NCBI GenBank assembly: GCA_038212275.1
Contig: JBBQUR010000005.1
Span: 96,001-160,000 of the forward strand
Length of the DNA: 64,000 nucleotides
Source: Planctomycetota bacterium
Lineage (GTDB): Bacteria > Planctomycetota > B15-G4
Reading direction: 5' to 3'
The notes below the pieces were generated by a model. That model ran no database searches, was not told where the DNA came from, and worked only from the letters and a program-made list of their open reading frames with translations. Numbering within the stretch: position 1 is the first letter of the stretch; every line of letters starts with the position of its first letter. Position numbers and translations under genes: made by a program. Below are positions 1 through 8,884 of the stretch, one piece after another.

Positions 1-641
1 GCGTGCGGTGCTGTCGGCGCGAAGACCTGCGGCCAGAGTGTCGCACCGAGCAGGCCGGTAGCCCCGGCGCCCAGCACAATGAGCGGGAAGGGCACGTCGA
101 AGAAGAAGATGAGCGCGAAGGCCAGCACCGCGAGACCGGCCATGACGCGGTTCTTCAGGGCGCGCCGGCCGATGCGGAGCACGGCCTCGATCACGATCGC
201 GAGCACCGCGGCCTTCAGCCCGAAGAACAGCCCGCTCACGACGGTGATCGCGCCCCAGCCGGCGTAGAGGATGGAGAGCAGCAGCATGGCGAGCATGCCG
301 GGCAGGACGAAAAGCGTGCCCGCCACCAGCCCGCCCGGCGTGCCGTGCAGCAACCACCCGATGTACACCGCAAGCTGCTGCGCCTCCGGTCCGGGCAGCA
401 GCATGCAGTAGTTGAGCGCATGCAGGAATCGCTCCTCGGAGACCCAGCGCTGCTCCTCGACGAGCACGCGGTGCATGAGCGCGATCTGCCCGGCCGGCCC
501 GCCGAAGCCTTTGAGTCCGATGGCCAGCCAGGTGCGCACGCCCTCGCGGAACGGGACGCCGTGCGATGGCGACACGCCCGGCGCCGGGGAGGACTGCGGC
601 GGCACGGCGGGCTGCGCGGGGAGGTCGTTCGTGCCGTTCAT
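1..641 (-). CDS. chrA: Chromate efflux transporter (CHR family), 5' part; runs off the window edge
   Basis: Not in the ORF track. Manual reverse-strand translation from ATG at 641 gives FGGPAGQIALMHRVLVEEQRWVSEERFLHALNYCMLLPGPEAQQLAVYIGW, the classic ChrA motif. Confidence 0.92.
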   Translation of the reverse strand, partial: MNGTNDLPAQPAVPPQSSPAPGVSPSHGVPFREGVRTWLAIGLKGFGGPAGQIALMHRVLVEEQRWVSEERFLHALNYCMLLPGPEAQQLAVYIGWLLHGTPGGLVAGTLFVLPGMLAMLLLSILYAGWGAITVVSGLFFGLKAAVLAIVIEAVLRIGRRALKNRVMAGLAVLAFALIFFFDVPFPLIVLGAGATGLLGATLWPQVFAPTAPH

Positions 642-814
642 CGCGCGATGCTCTGTATCACGCCCCGCCTCGTGCCTGAAGCGCGGCTGACGCGACAGGT
701 CTGTCCGCACGCTGCGAGCGGGAGCCCATCCGTCGCGAAGACAGCGCAGGCATGGTTCCGTTTCCGGCGAGGTCGCGCTATGTTCCTGCGGCCACCGGTT
801 CAGGAGAGACTCCC

Positions 815-1726
815 ATGCGCTCCCCGCGCGAAGCGGTCCTGCTGGCGCTTGCGCTGCTGCTGCAGGCGTGCAGCGCGACGCGTGCCTACGAGGGGCCCGT
901 CCGCCCGAAGGAGGAGCTGGCGCGCATCACGACGTCACCGGACAGCGTGAGCGACGTGGTCGACATCATCGGCCGCGGACTCACCTTCGACAGCCTCTGT
1001 CGCGTGAGACTCGTGGGCGTGGACGACGTCGAGGACTTCGACGACTTCAGCGACGGCAGCGTCGAGGTGCTGCCCGGCCACCACAGCGTGCGCGCCACAC
1101 TGACGGCGCGGATCGGATGGACGTGGACCCGACATCCCGCGTTCGTCGCGAGCTTCGATGCGCAGGCCGGGCATGAATACAAGCTGCAGGGGCGCGCGTC
1201 ATCTCTCACCGGCGAGGTCGGCTTCGATGTCCGTGACGTGGGCGACGACCTCATCGTGGCCAGCAGCGATCTGGGGCCGCAGGAGTGCGTCACGGCCAGG
1301 ATCGAGTGGGACGGCCGGCACTGGATCGAAGCCGACTGGGGCCATCTCGCGGCGGTGACCACCGCGACATACGTGCCGTCGGGCGACGTGCTCTCGCGTT
1401 GGAGTGAGCTCGTGGAGCTGCAGTATCGGCCCTCCCGGGGGCCCGTCGATGTCGAGGCGGTGATGTGGGACTGGTTGAAGGAGCAGGCGCTGGCCGGGGC
1501 CCCTGCCACGCTGACGCGGATCGAACGGGAGCCGGGATGGATCGCGACGCAGCTCAGCATCGGCGAGCCCGGCGACGGCCTCGAGCAGGGCGTGATCTGC
1601 TTCCGCGCGGGGCCGGACGGCTGCCATCTGCTGCTGCATCTGGTGCGCGGCAGGATCGACCCGACGGTCGTCGCGGACTGGATCGCGCGCTTCAAGGCCG
1701 CGGAGTTGCGCCCGACGGCGGCCTGA
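815..1726 (+). CDS. Putative two-domain lipoprotein of unknown function
   Basis: GGAG RBS before ATG 815; hydrophobic signal with lipobox LLQAC; normal globular composition. Confidence 0.7.
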   Translation: MRSPREAVLLALALLLQACSATRAYEGPVRPKEELARITTSPDSVSDVVDIIGRGLTFDSLCRVRLVGVDDVEDFDDFSDGSVEVLPGHHSVRATLTARIGWTWTRHPAFVASFDAQAGHEYKLQGRASSLTGEVGFDVRDVGDDLIVASSDLGPQECVTARIEWDGRHWIEADWGHLAAVTTATYVPSGDVLSRWSELVELQYRPSRGPVDVEAVMWDWLKEQALAGAPATLTRIEREPGWIATQLSIGEPGDGLEQGVICFRAGPDGCHLLLHLVRGRIDPTVVADWIARFKAAELRPTAA

Positions 1727-1757
1727 GCGGGCTCGCCGGTCCGCACGAGGGCCTCGC

Positions 1758-1806
1758 TTGCCCGTCACGGCGCCCTCTGCCTAGACTAAGCCTCCGCTTA
1801 GTCAAG
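1758..1806 (+). promoter_or_regulatory. Putative sigma70 promoter (TTGCCC-N18-TAGACT) overlapped by an inverted repeat GACTAAGC-CTCC-GCTTAGTC
   Basis: Perfect 8-bp arms at 1784-1791 and 1796-1803 (11 bp with one mismatch); AT-rich in a high-GC context; directly upstream of the HTH-TOBE gene. Confidence 0.6.
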
Positions 1807-1823
1807 CCAGGAGCACTGCGCGC

Positions 1824-2381
1824 GTGAACATCGGACGCATCCGTCGCCATGCCGGCCTCACGCAGGTGCGGCTCGCGCGGCTGCTCGGCGTGCACCCGAT
1901 CACGGTGAGCAAGTGGGAGCGCGGCCTGCTTGCTCCCAATGCGCATCAGTCGGCGCTGCTGCGCGCGCTGGACAGCGGCACCTCGGCGGACGGCACGCCA
2001 CCCGGCACGGCGGACGGCACAGCAGCAGGCACAGCAGCCGGCACAGCACCTGGCACGGCACGTGGCACAGCCTTCGGCACGGCACCCCGCACATCGGCCG
2101 TGCTGGACCTCGCCGAGGAACTGGCGGGCCACCTCAATCGCGCCTTCATCGAAGCCACGGAGATCGACGGCATGCAGCTCAGCGCCAGCAACCTGCTCAA
2201 GGGAAAGATCGTCCAGCTCGACGAAGGGCCGGTCAGCACGCGCGTCGTGCTGCAGGTCGCGCCGCGCGTGAGGCTCACGTCCACGATCACGACGGCGTCC
2301 GCCCGACGCTTGAAGCTCCGGGTCGGAGCCCGCGTCACCGCGATCGTCAAGGCCTCCGACGTGATCCTCGGCGTCGCATGA
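1824..2381 (+). CDS. XRE/Cro-type HTH fused to a Mop/TOBE molybdate-binding domain; putative mod regulator
   Basis: N-terminal IRRHAGLTQVRLARLLGVHPITVSKWERG (HTH_3); C-terminal MQLSASNLLKGKIV...ITTASARRLKL...AIVKASDVILG (Mop); GTG start with GGAG RBS; ATGA overlap with modA. Confidence 0.85.
   Translation: MNIGRIRRHAGLTQVRLARLLGVHPITVSKWERGLLAPNAHQSALLRALDSGTSADGTPPGTADGTAAGTAAGTAPGTARGTAFGTAPRTSAVLDLAEELAGHLNRAFIEATEIDGMQLSASNLLKGKIVQLDEGPVSTRVVLQVAPRVRLTSTITTASARRLKLRVGARVTAIVKASDVILGVA
1976..2088 (+). repeat. Degenerate 12-bp in-frame repeat encoding a GTxx linker
   Basis: GGCACRGC-type units giving GTSADGTPPGTADGTAAGTAAGTAPGTARGTAFGTAP. Confidence 0.8.
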
Positions 2382-3238
2382 GCGCACCGCGTGTCCGCTT
2401 CGGCCTGCCGATGTCGCTGCTGTCTCTGGCGTCACTCGCATGGCTGGCTGCTGCGTGCGGGCGGGTGCCCTCGACGTCGGCCGTCGATGCCGCGTCGAAG
2501 CATCCGCATCCGACGCTGACGGTCCGCTCACCGGCGACCATCCGCGTTGCCGCGGCGTCGTCGCTTCGGGACGTGCTCGAGACGGCCGCCGAGGTCTACT
2601 CGCACTCCGAGTCCGAGGGCGCGGGGATGAAGTTCTCCTTCGACGCATCCTCCACGCTGGCGCGGCAGATCCAGGAAGGCGCGCCTTTCGACGTCTTTCT
2701 CTCCGCGGACGAGGGCACGATGGATCGCGTCGCCGACCGCATCGTGCCGGGGACGCGGCGGGTGTTTCTCTCGAACCGGCTCGCGCTTGCCGGCCGCGCG
2801 GGCTGGGCGCCGGCGCCTGTGACTCCCGGGCAACTCGCCACGGATCCGGCCCTTGCAGGCGCGCGACTCGCGCTGCCGGGGGCGGCCGTGCCCGCGGGCC
2901 GCTACTGGCGCGAGTGGATGACGACGCATGGCGTGCTGGCGGCGATCGAACCGCGTTGCGTCGTGTCCGACAGCGTGCGCGCCGCGCTCGCGCTGGTGGA
3001 GGCCGGGTCCGTCGATGCGGCCTTCGTCTATGCCACCGACATCGCCTCGACGTCCGGGCGCGTGACGCTGCTCAGCGAGCTTCCCGCGACCGAGGGGCCG
3101 GCGATCGCCTACGTGGCCGCGCAACTCCGCGACGGCGACCGCGACGCCGCCTCCGAAGCCGACACCTTCGTGCGCTGGCTGGGCGGCGACGACTTCCGCA
3201 GGCTCGCGCTGGCGGCAGGGTTCTCGGCCCCGCCGTGA
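2378..3238 (+). CDS. modA: Molybdate ABC transporter substrate-binding protein
   Basis: VAAASSL, ASSTLARQIQEGAPFDVFLSAD, VPAGRY and VYATD motifs; lipobox LAAAC. Confidence 0.92.
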   Translation: MSAPRVRFGLPMSLLSLASLAWLAAACGRVPSTSAVDAASKHPHPTLTVRSPATIRVAAASSLRDVLETAAEVYSHSESEGAGMKFSFDASSTLARQIQEGAPFDVFLSADEGTMDRVADRIVPGTRRVFLSNRLALAGRAGWAPAPVTPGQLATDPALAGARLALPGAAVPAGRYWREWMTTHGVLAAIEPRCVVSDSVRAALALVEAGSVDAAFVYATDIASTSGRVTLLSELPATEGPAIAYVAAQLRDGDRDAASEADTFVRWLGGDDFRRLALAAGFSAPP

Positions 3239-3999
3239 GCGCGCCCGCGGATTCCGCCGCCGACGTGCTGGACATCGCGCTGCTCACGCTGCGCGTCGGG
3301 CTGTTGTCCACGGCGCTCATCCTGCTGCCCGGCGTCGCGCTGGGCTGGGTGCTGGCGCGTTGCGAGTTCCGCGGACGGACGCTCGTGCAGACGCTGGTCG
3401 CGCTGCCGATGGTGCTGCCGCCCGTCGCCGTCGGACTTGCGCTGCTGCTGCTGCTGTCGCGGCGCTTCGCCTTCGGGCGCGCGCTCGAGGATCTGCTCGG
3501 CGGGCCGGTGTTGCTCACGTGGTGGGCTGCGGCGCTGGCCTCGGCGGTCATGTCCTTTCCGCTGCTCGTGCGCGGTGCGGAGCAGGGCTTCGCCGCCGTC
3601 CCCCGTCGGCTGGAGCAGGTGGCGCGCACGCTGGGCGCCTCGCGCGTCACGGTGTTCCGCCGCGTGACGCTGCCGCTTGCAGCGCGAGGCATCCTCTACG
3701 GCATCGTCTTCGCCTTCGCGCGCGGCCTCGGCGAGTTCGGCGCGACGACGATCGTCGCGGGCAACATGCCCGGCCGCACGGAGACGCTGGCGCTCGGCAT
3801 GTATGCGCGCATCGAGAACTTCCGCGACGGCGACGCGCTGGTGCTGGCCGGCATCTCGGTGGTGCTCGCCTTCGGCATCACCTGGTGTGCCGAGCTCTTC
3901 CTGCGCCGCGGCGCAGGGCACTCGGGCGGCGGGACACCGCGAGCGAAATCGGGGCTGAGCGCTGCGCAGGGGCTGCCGGCGCGAGGGCCGCTGCGATGA
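3235..3999 (+). CDS. modB: Molybdate ABC transporter permease
   Basis: LPMVLPPVAVG, EAA-like loop (EQVARTLGAS), FARGLGEFGAT; GTGA overlap with modA. Confidence 0.93.
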   Translation: MSAPADSAADVLDIALLTLRVGLLSTALILLPGVALGWVLARCEFRGRTLVQTLVALPMVLPPVAVGLALLLLLSRRFAFGRALEDLLGGPVLLTWWAAALASAVMSFPLLVRGAEQGFAAVPRRLEQVARTLGASRVTVFRRVTLPLAARGILYGIVFAFARGLGEFGATTIVAGNMPGRTETLALGMYARIENFRDGDALVLAGISVVLAFGITWCAELFLRRGAGHSGGGTPRAKSGLSAAQGLPARGPLR

Positions 4000-5126
4000 T
4001 CGCCTTCGACCTGCATGCGGGGTACGGAGACTTCACGCTCGCCGCGCGGGCCGCCTGGGAAACGCCCATCGCCGCGCTCTTCGGTGCGAGCGGCTCGGGC
4101 AAGAGCACCATCCTGGAGGCGCTGGCGGGTCTGCGCCCGGAGGTCTGCGGCGAGATCACGCTGAACGGCCGGCCCCTGCAGGGCTTGCCGCCGGAGCAGC
4201 GCCGGCTCGGCTGGGTGCCGCAGGACGCGGCCCTGTTCCCGCACCTCACGGTGAGAGGCAACCTCGAGTTCGCGGCGCGTGCGCGCGAGCTACGGAGCCG
4301 CGGCGCGACGGGTCGTCGGGCGCTGGCACATGCTGCGGGGGATGGATCGGCGAGCGCGGTCACGTGTGCGCCGGACGCGACCGGTGACTCGATGGTGCGA
4401 GCCATCGACGCGCTGGAAATCGGCGCGCTGCTGAAGCGCCGCGTCGATGCGCTGTCCGGCGGCGAGCGCCAGCGTGTGGCCATCGCGCGGGCTCTCGCCA
4501 GCGCACCGGAGTTGCTGCTGCTCGACGAGCCGCTTGCGTCGGTGGATCGGCCGCTGCGCGCGCGCATCATTCCGTTTCTCGCCGAGCTGCCGGCGCGCAC
4601 CGGCGTGCCGGTGCTCCTCGTGAGCCACGACCCGCTCGAAGTGCGTGCGCTGGCCAGTCATGTGGTCGTGCTCTCGGCGGGTGAAGTCGTTGCGCAGGGC
4701 GATCCGCGCGACGTGCTCGCCGCAGCCACGGCGCTGGGCAATCTCGAGGCCTTCGCCGCCGAAAATCGCTTCGACGTGAGCGTGCTGCAGCGCGGGCCCG
4801 GGACGCTGAGTCTTTCCACGACGCGAGGCTGCCGGCTGGAGATGGCCGCGATCGAAGGATTTCCCGAGCCGACGCGCGTGGCGGTGCGCGCCGAGGACAT
4901 CCTGCTGGCCAGCGCGCCGCCCGGGCATGTCTCCGCGCAGAACGTGATGGCCGGCCGAGTCACGCTGCTGGAATCGCTCGGACGGCACGTGCTCGTGCAC
5001 GCGACCTGCGGCGACGAGCGCTTCGTCGCTCGCGTCACGGAGCGCGCCTCCTCGGCGTTGCGGCTCGAGCCGGACCGGCAGGTCTTCCTGCTCATCAAGG
5101 CGCACTCGGTGCTGGCGCTGGGGTAG
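3996..5126 (+). CDS. modC: Molybdate ABC transporter ATPase with C-terminal TOBE
   Basis: Walker A GASGSGKST, LSGGERQR, LLLDEP; C-terminal SAQN...LIKAHSV TOBE. Confidence 0.92.
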   Translation: MIAFDLHAGYGDFTLAARAAWETPIAALFGASGSGKSTILEALAGLRPEVCGEITLNGRPLQGLPPEQRRLGWVPQDAALFPHLTVRGNLEFAARARELRSRGATGRRALAHAAGDGSASAVTCAPDATGDSMVRAIDALEIGALLKRRVDALSGGERQRVAIARALASAPELLLLDEPLASVDRPLRARIIPFLAELPARTGVPVLLVSHDPLEVRALASHVVVLSAGEVVAQGDPRDVLAAATALGNLEAFAAENRFDVSVLQRGPGTLSLSTTRGCRLEMAAIEGFPEPTRVAVRAEDILLASAPPGHVSAQNVMAGRVTLLESLGRHVLVHATCGDERFVARVTERASSALRLEPDRQVFLLIKAHSVLALG

Positions 5127-5233
5127 GTCTGTCGCAGCTCGCCCCGCAAGCTGCCGTCACCCCGCTCACGGGTGCGGCCAGGCACTGCGCGCGGCGTGTC
5201 CGCACGGTCACGAGTCTGTACCTCCGGCGCCGC

Positions 5234-5290
5234 CCCGGCGCAGACGCCCGGCGCAGACGCCCGGCGCAGACGCCCGGCGCAGACGCCCGG
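5234..5290. repeat. 13-bp tandem repeat (CCCGGCGCAGACG) x4.4, intergenic
   Basis: Four perfect copies plus a partial copy, read directly. Confidence 0.9.
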
Positions 5291-5399
5291 CAGATGCAGC
5301 GTTGATGGAATGCGGTACGGAAGGGAAGATGCGACGGTGCCGTCGAAGCGCGGGGAGCCGGCAGCCGGTGGAATCCGGCAGACGAAGGAGGATGAGGCC

Positions 5400-7169
5400 A
5401 TGAGCGACTTGGCAGGTTCGTGCGCGGCGTTCGTGATCGCCTGCGCGCTCCTCGCGGCTCCGCCCGCAGCCGTTGCGCTGCCCGCCGCTGCTGTGGATCC
5501 CGCCGGTCCCATCGTTCCCGCCGGTCCGGTTGCTCCCGCCGGTCCGGTTGCTCCCGCCGGCCCTGTTGCTCCCGCCGGTCCTGTTGCTCACGCCGGTCCT
5601 GTCGCTCACGCCGGTCCCGTCGTGAACGCGGCGGTGCTCGGCGGCCTCACGCGCGACACGGCGGCGGCGGAACTGCTGAAGGCTGCCGGGGTCGATGGCA
5701 CGGCGAAAGGCAAGACGCTGTTCGAACAGGTCCTCGCCAGCGAGGTGTTCGAGCACGTGGTCGTGGGGCCGTTCGACCTGTACGGCGCGCGCCTCGATGG
5801 CCAGAAGAAGCCTGCGGACCTCAAGAAGGCGATGGGCATGGCGCAGGAAGCGCTGGCCAAGCTGGTCCCCGTGATGCAGAAGCGCTTCCCCGGCAGCGAC
5901 GGCATTCTCTCCGGCCAGCGCTTCCCGATTCTGTTGATGGACAGCGACCGCGACAAGGACGAGAACGGCTTCGACGAGGTGCTGGGGCTGCTCGACCGCT
6001 GCGAGGACGAGGGCTACTCGGGCTGGAAGCCGTGGAGCCGCGTCTGGGACCCGGCCAATCTCGTCGCCGAGTCCTTCCACACGTGGGAGGTGCTCGTCGT
6101 CAACCTCGGGAACAAGGCGATCAACGAGCAGGGGCGACGCGCCTGGTTCGCGCAGCCGTTCGGCTTCGCGGTGCTGCAGGCGCTCGGCCGTCGGGTGCTC
6201 GCGCAGGGCGCGTGGGGCACGCCGGTGCCGTGGATGGCGCAGGGCCTCGTGGACGAGCTGGACATCGAAGCCCACGGGCGCGCGTGGGTGGGCGCCGCCG
6301 ACACGGGCGCCTCTCACAGCTGGTCGACGTCGCGCAGCAGCGGCTTCACGAGCACGGGCTGGTCGGGCTTCCTTCCCGATGGGCAGCAACCGCCGCCGCC
6401 CAAGGTCACCACGACATCCAGCACGACGAGCAAGTCGACCACGACGATGGGCGTTTCCGAGACCTGGGGCGACCGCAACCAGAGCGCGACCCGCCATTGG
6501 CGCGACCTGCTCAACGACCGGAAAGCCAAGCAGCCTGCCGGCTTCCGCGCCATGGCCGAAGCGCAGAGCTTCGATCCGCGCGACCGCGCCTTGTCGCGCC
6601 TCGCGATCTACCTGCTGCTGGACGTGCTGCCCTCCAGCCAGCAGTTGCTCAAGGATCTCGACCGCAAGCCGCAGGTGCCCGGCTCGCTCATGCGCGACAG
6701 CGATCCGCTGCCGGTGATCGTCGCGCGCGCGCTGGGCGGCGTGCCGGCGGTCGATGCCTTCGAGGCGCAGCCGATGCGCGCCGTGCTGACGACGGTCGGG
6801 CGCGACGACCTCATCGCGCGCTTCGAGACCCGCGGCGCCGCGCCGCTGCTCGACCTGACCGATCATCGCAAGCAGGCCGACTGGCTCTACCACCAGCCGA
6901 GCATCGACACGGACTCGCGCCGGCTGCTCGAGCTTGCCATTCAGGAGGCGGAGTTCGAGCAGCAGCGCCACGAGTGGGTGCTCGTGGGTGAGGCGCTCGA
7001 CGTCGCCGTGAACGCGGCCCTCGCCGCCAGCAAGAGCCTGCCCGAGTCGGAGAAGGACCGCGCGAAGGTGGCCGAAGCGATGACCGCCGCGCTCGACACC
7101 TTCCGCGCAGCCGCCGCCGCCGCCGCAGCCGCGGGAGCTGAAGCCGCGGGAGCTGAAGGCGGTCGATGA
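5400..7169 (+). CDS. Secreted hypothetical protein with N-terminal PAGPVA repeats
   Basis: GGAGG upstream of ATG 5400; signal-like N-terminus; strongly GC3-biased codons; Lys/Asp/Glu-rich globular body. Confidence 0.75.
   Translation: MSDLAGSCAAFVIACALLAAPPAAVALPAAAVDPAGPIVPAGPVAPAGPVAPAGPVAPAGPVAHAGPVAHAGPVVNAAVLGGLTRDTAAAELLKAAGVDGTAKGKTLFEQVLASEVFEHVVVGPFDLYGARLDGQKKPADLKKAMGMAQEALAKLVPVMQKRFPGSDGILSGQRFPILLMDSDRDKDENGFDEVLGLLDRCEDEGYSGWKPWSRVWDPANLVAESFHTWEVLVVNLGNKAINEQGRRAWFAQPFGFAVLQALGRRVLAQGAWGTPVPWMAQGLVDELDIEAHGRAWVGAADTGASHSWSTSRSSGFTSTGWSGFLPDGQQPPPPKVTTTSSTTSKSTTTMGVSETWGDRNQSATRHWRDLLNDRKAKQPAGFRAMAEAQSFDPRDRALSRLAIYLLLDVLPSSQQLLKDLDRKPQVPGSLMRDSDPLPVIVARALGGVPAVDAFEAQPMRAVLTTVGRDDLIARFETRGAAPLLDLTDHRKQADWLYHQPSIDTDSRRLLELAIQEAEFEQQRHEWVLVGEALDVAVNAALAASKSLPESEKDRAKVAEAMTAALDTFRAAAAAAAAAGAEAAGAEGGR
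5499..5622 (+). repeat. 18-bp in-frame repeat encoding (P/H)AGPVA, about 7 copies
   Basis: CCCGCCGGTCCGGTTGCT-like units. Confidence 0.85.
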
Positions 7170-8225
7170 AGCGTCTGGTCGGCATCGGATTGCTGGCGTC
7201 CGTCGCCGCGGTCCTCGTGGGGCTTTCCGATCCGGCCCACCTGGCTGGTGTCGCGCAGGTGGCCCGGGACGGGAGCGCGCTCTACACGGCGCTGCTCGGC
7301 TCCGTGTGGCCGGCCGATGCGCCATCCGACGCACGCCTGCTCATCGTGCCCAGCGCGCTGGTGAGCCAGTTGCCCTTCGAGGCGCTGGTGGTGTCGGCGC
7401 CCGCCGCACCTTAAGACTTCCACGAGCTCGTCTTCGTGCTCGACCGGCACGAGGTCGCCTACGCGCCGTCCGGGCCGGTGCTGGCGCTCATGGATGGAGT
7501 GGCGCCGCGCGAGACGGCCGGCCGGGCGCTCGTGATGGGCGACCCCGTGTATCCGCCCGCCACGACGGCGGTGCCGCGCGGTTCGCGCGACCCGCGCAGC
7601 CTGGGTTTCGTGCGCCTTCCCGGCACGCGCGACGAGGCGCTGGGCATCGCGCAACGCCTGCTGGAGGCCTGGTCACGCGCGACCCCGGACTCCGGCGCGG
7701 GGGCCGTGCTCGCCGGCGCGCGCGCCTCCAACGACGTGGCGCTCGACACGCCCGCGCTGCGCCTGTGCCTCGGCGAAGAAGCGACGACGGCTTCGTCACG
7801 CTGGCCGACGTGCTCGCATTGACGCTGGACGCCGACCTCGCCGTGCTCTCGGCCTGCGTGACGGGCCTCGGTCGCGAGCGTCGCGGCGAGGGCACGCAGT
7901 CGCTGGCGCGCGCCTTCCTGTATGCCGGAGCACGCTCGGAGGTCGCCAGCCTCTGGCAGGTGGACGATCGCGAGACCGAACGCACGATGCAGGACTTCTA
8001 CGAGGGTCTCGCCGTGCGCGGCATGACGGCATCGGAGGCGCTGCGCGAAGCTCGCCTCGCGATCCGGCGCGCGGCTGCCGCGCCCGATTCCTTTCGTGGC
8101 GTCGGACGCGGCAAGTTGCTGACCCACATGGACGGACCGGTGCCGGCGACGACCGGGCGACCCGAGCTGGCGGCCATCCCTTCTTCTGGGCCGCCTTCAC
8201 CGACATCGGGCCGCCCGACTTCACG
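7166..8225 (+). pseudogene. CHAT-domain (caspase-HetF) protease pseudogene
   Basis: CHAT motifs spread over three frames: LLIVPSALVSQLPFEALV, in-frame TAA 7412-7414, then YAPS...LVMGDPVY...LPGTRDEA; frameshift near 7785 to DGFVTL..DLAVLSACVTGLG..GEG..LARAFLYAGARSEVASLWQVDD; HPFFWAAF in a third frame at 8175. Confidence 0.88.
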
Positions 8226-8391
8226 CCGCTCTGCGCGCGCCGCTGCGCGCGCCGCTGCTCGGGGCGCTGCTCGGCGCGCGGTGAAGTGCAGGTCAGGGCG
8301 CGCTGCCGCGCATACCCTGCTGCCGCGCTCGGGCCGTTTCGACCGGAGGGGGAGGCTGCGGTAGCCTGCGGCCACACCGCTTGGAGGGCAC

Positions 8392-8841
8392 ATGACGTCA
8401 CTCTTCGAGAGCCGCGGACTTTCCGAAGCGCTGCGGCGCATCGAGCGCCTGCGCGCCGACTCGCCGCGCGCCTGGGGGACGATGAGTCCGGCGCAGATGT
8501 GCGCGCACTGCTCGATCGCGTCCGAGCTCGCTCTCGGCGATCGCCGCGGGAGGCAGGCGCTGCTCGGGAAGCTGCTGTCGCCGTTCGTCAAGTCGTCGAT
8601 GCTCGGCAGCAAGCCGTTTCCGAGGAACAGCCCCACGTCGCCGCTGCTCGTCGTCACCGACGCGCGCGACTTCGAGGTCGAGCGACGAAGGCTCGTGGTG
8701 CTCGTCACGCGCTTCGGCAAGGGCGGCCCGTCGAAGACCACGCGCGATCCGCACCTCTTCTTCGGTCGGCTGAGCGGCGAGCAATGGGGGGCGCTCATGT
8801 CCAAGCACCTCGGCCATCACCTCGCGCAGTTCGGCGTGTGA
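8392..8841 (+). CDS. DUF1569 / DinB-like protein
   Basis: WGTMSPAQMCAHC, HLFFGRLSGEQWG, KHLGHHLAQFGV; GGAGG RBS. Confidence 0.85.
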   Translation: MTSLFESRGLSEALRRIERLRADSPRAWGTMSPAQMCAHCSIASELALGDRRGRQALLGKLLSPFVKSSMLGSKPFPRNSPTSPLLVVTDARDFEVERRRLVVLVTRFGKGGPSKTTRDPHLFFGRLSGEQWGALMSKHLGHHLAQFGV

Positions 8842-8884
8842 GTCAGCCGGCCACCGGCGCCTGCACCGCACGCGCCATGGCGGC

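Noticed and set aside
7412..7414. Programmed readthrough or recoding in the CHAT gene
   Set aside because: The stop is TAA and is accompanied by two frameshifts and a deletion; pseudogenisation is simpler.
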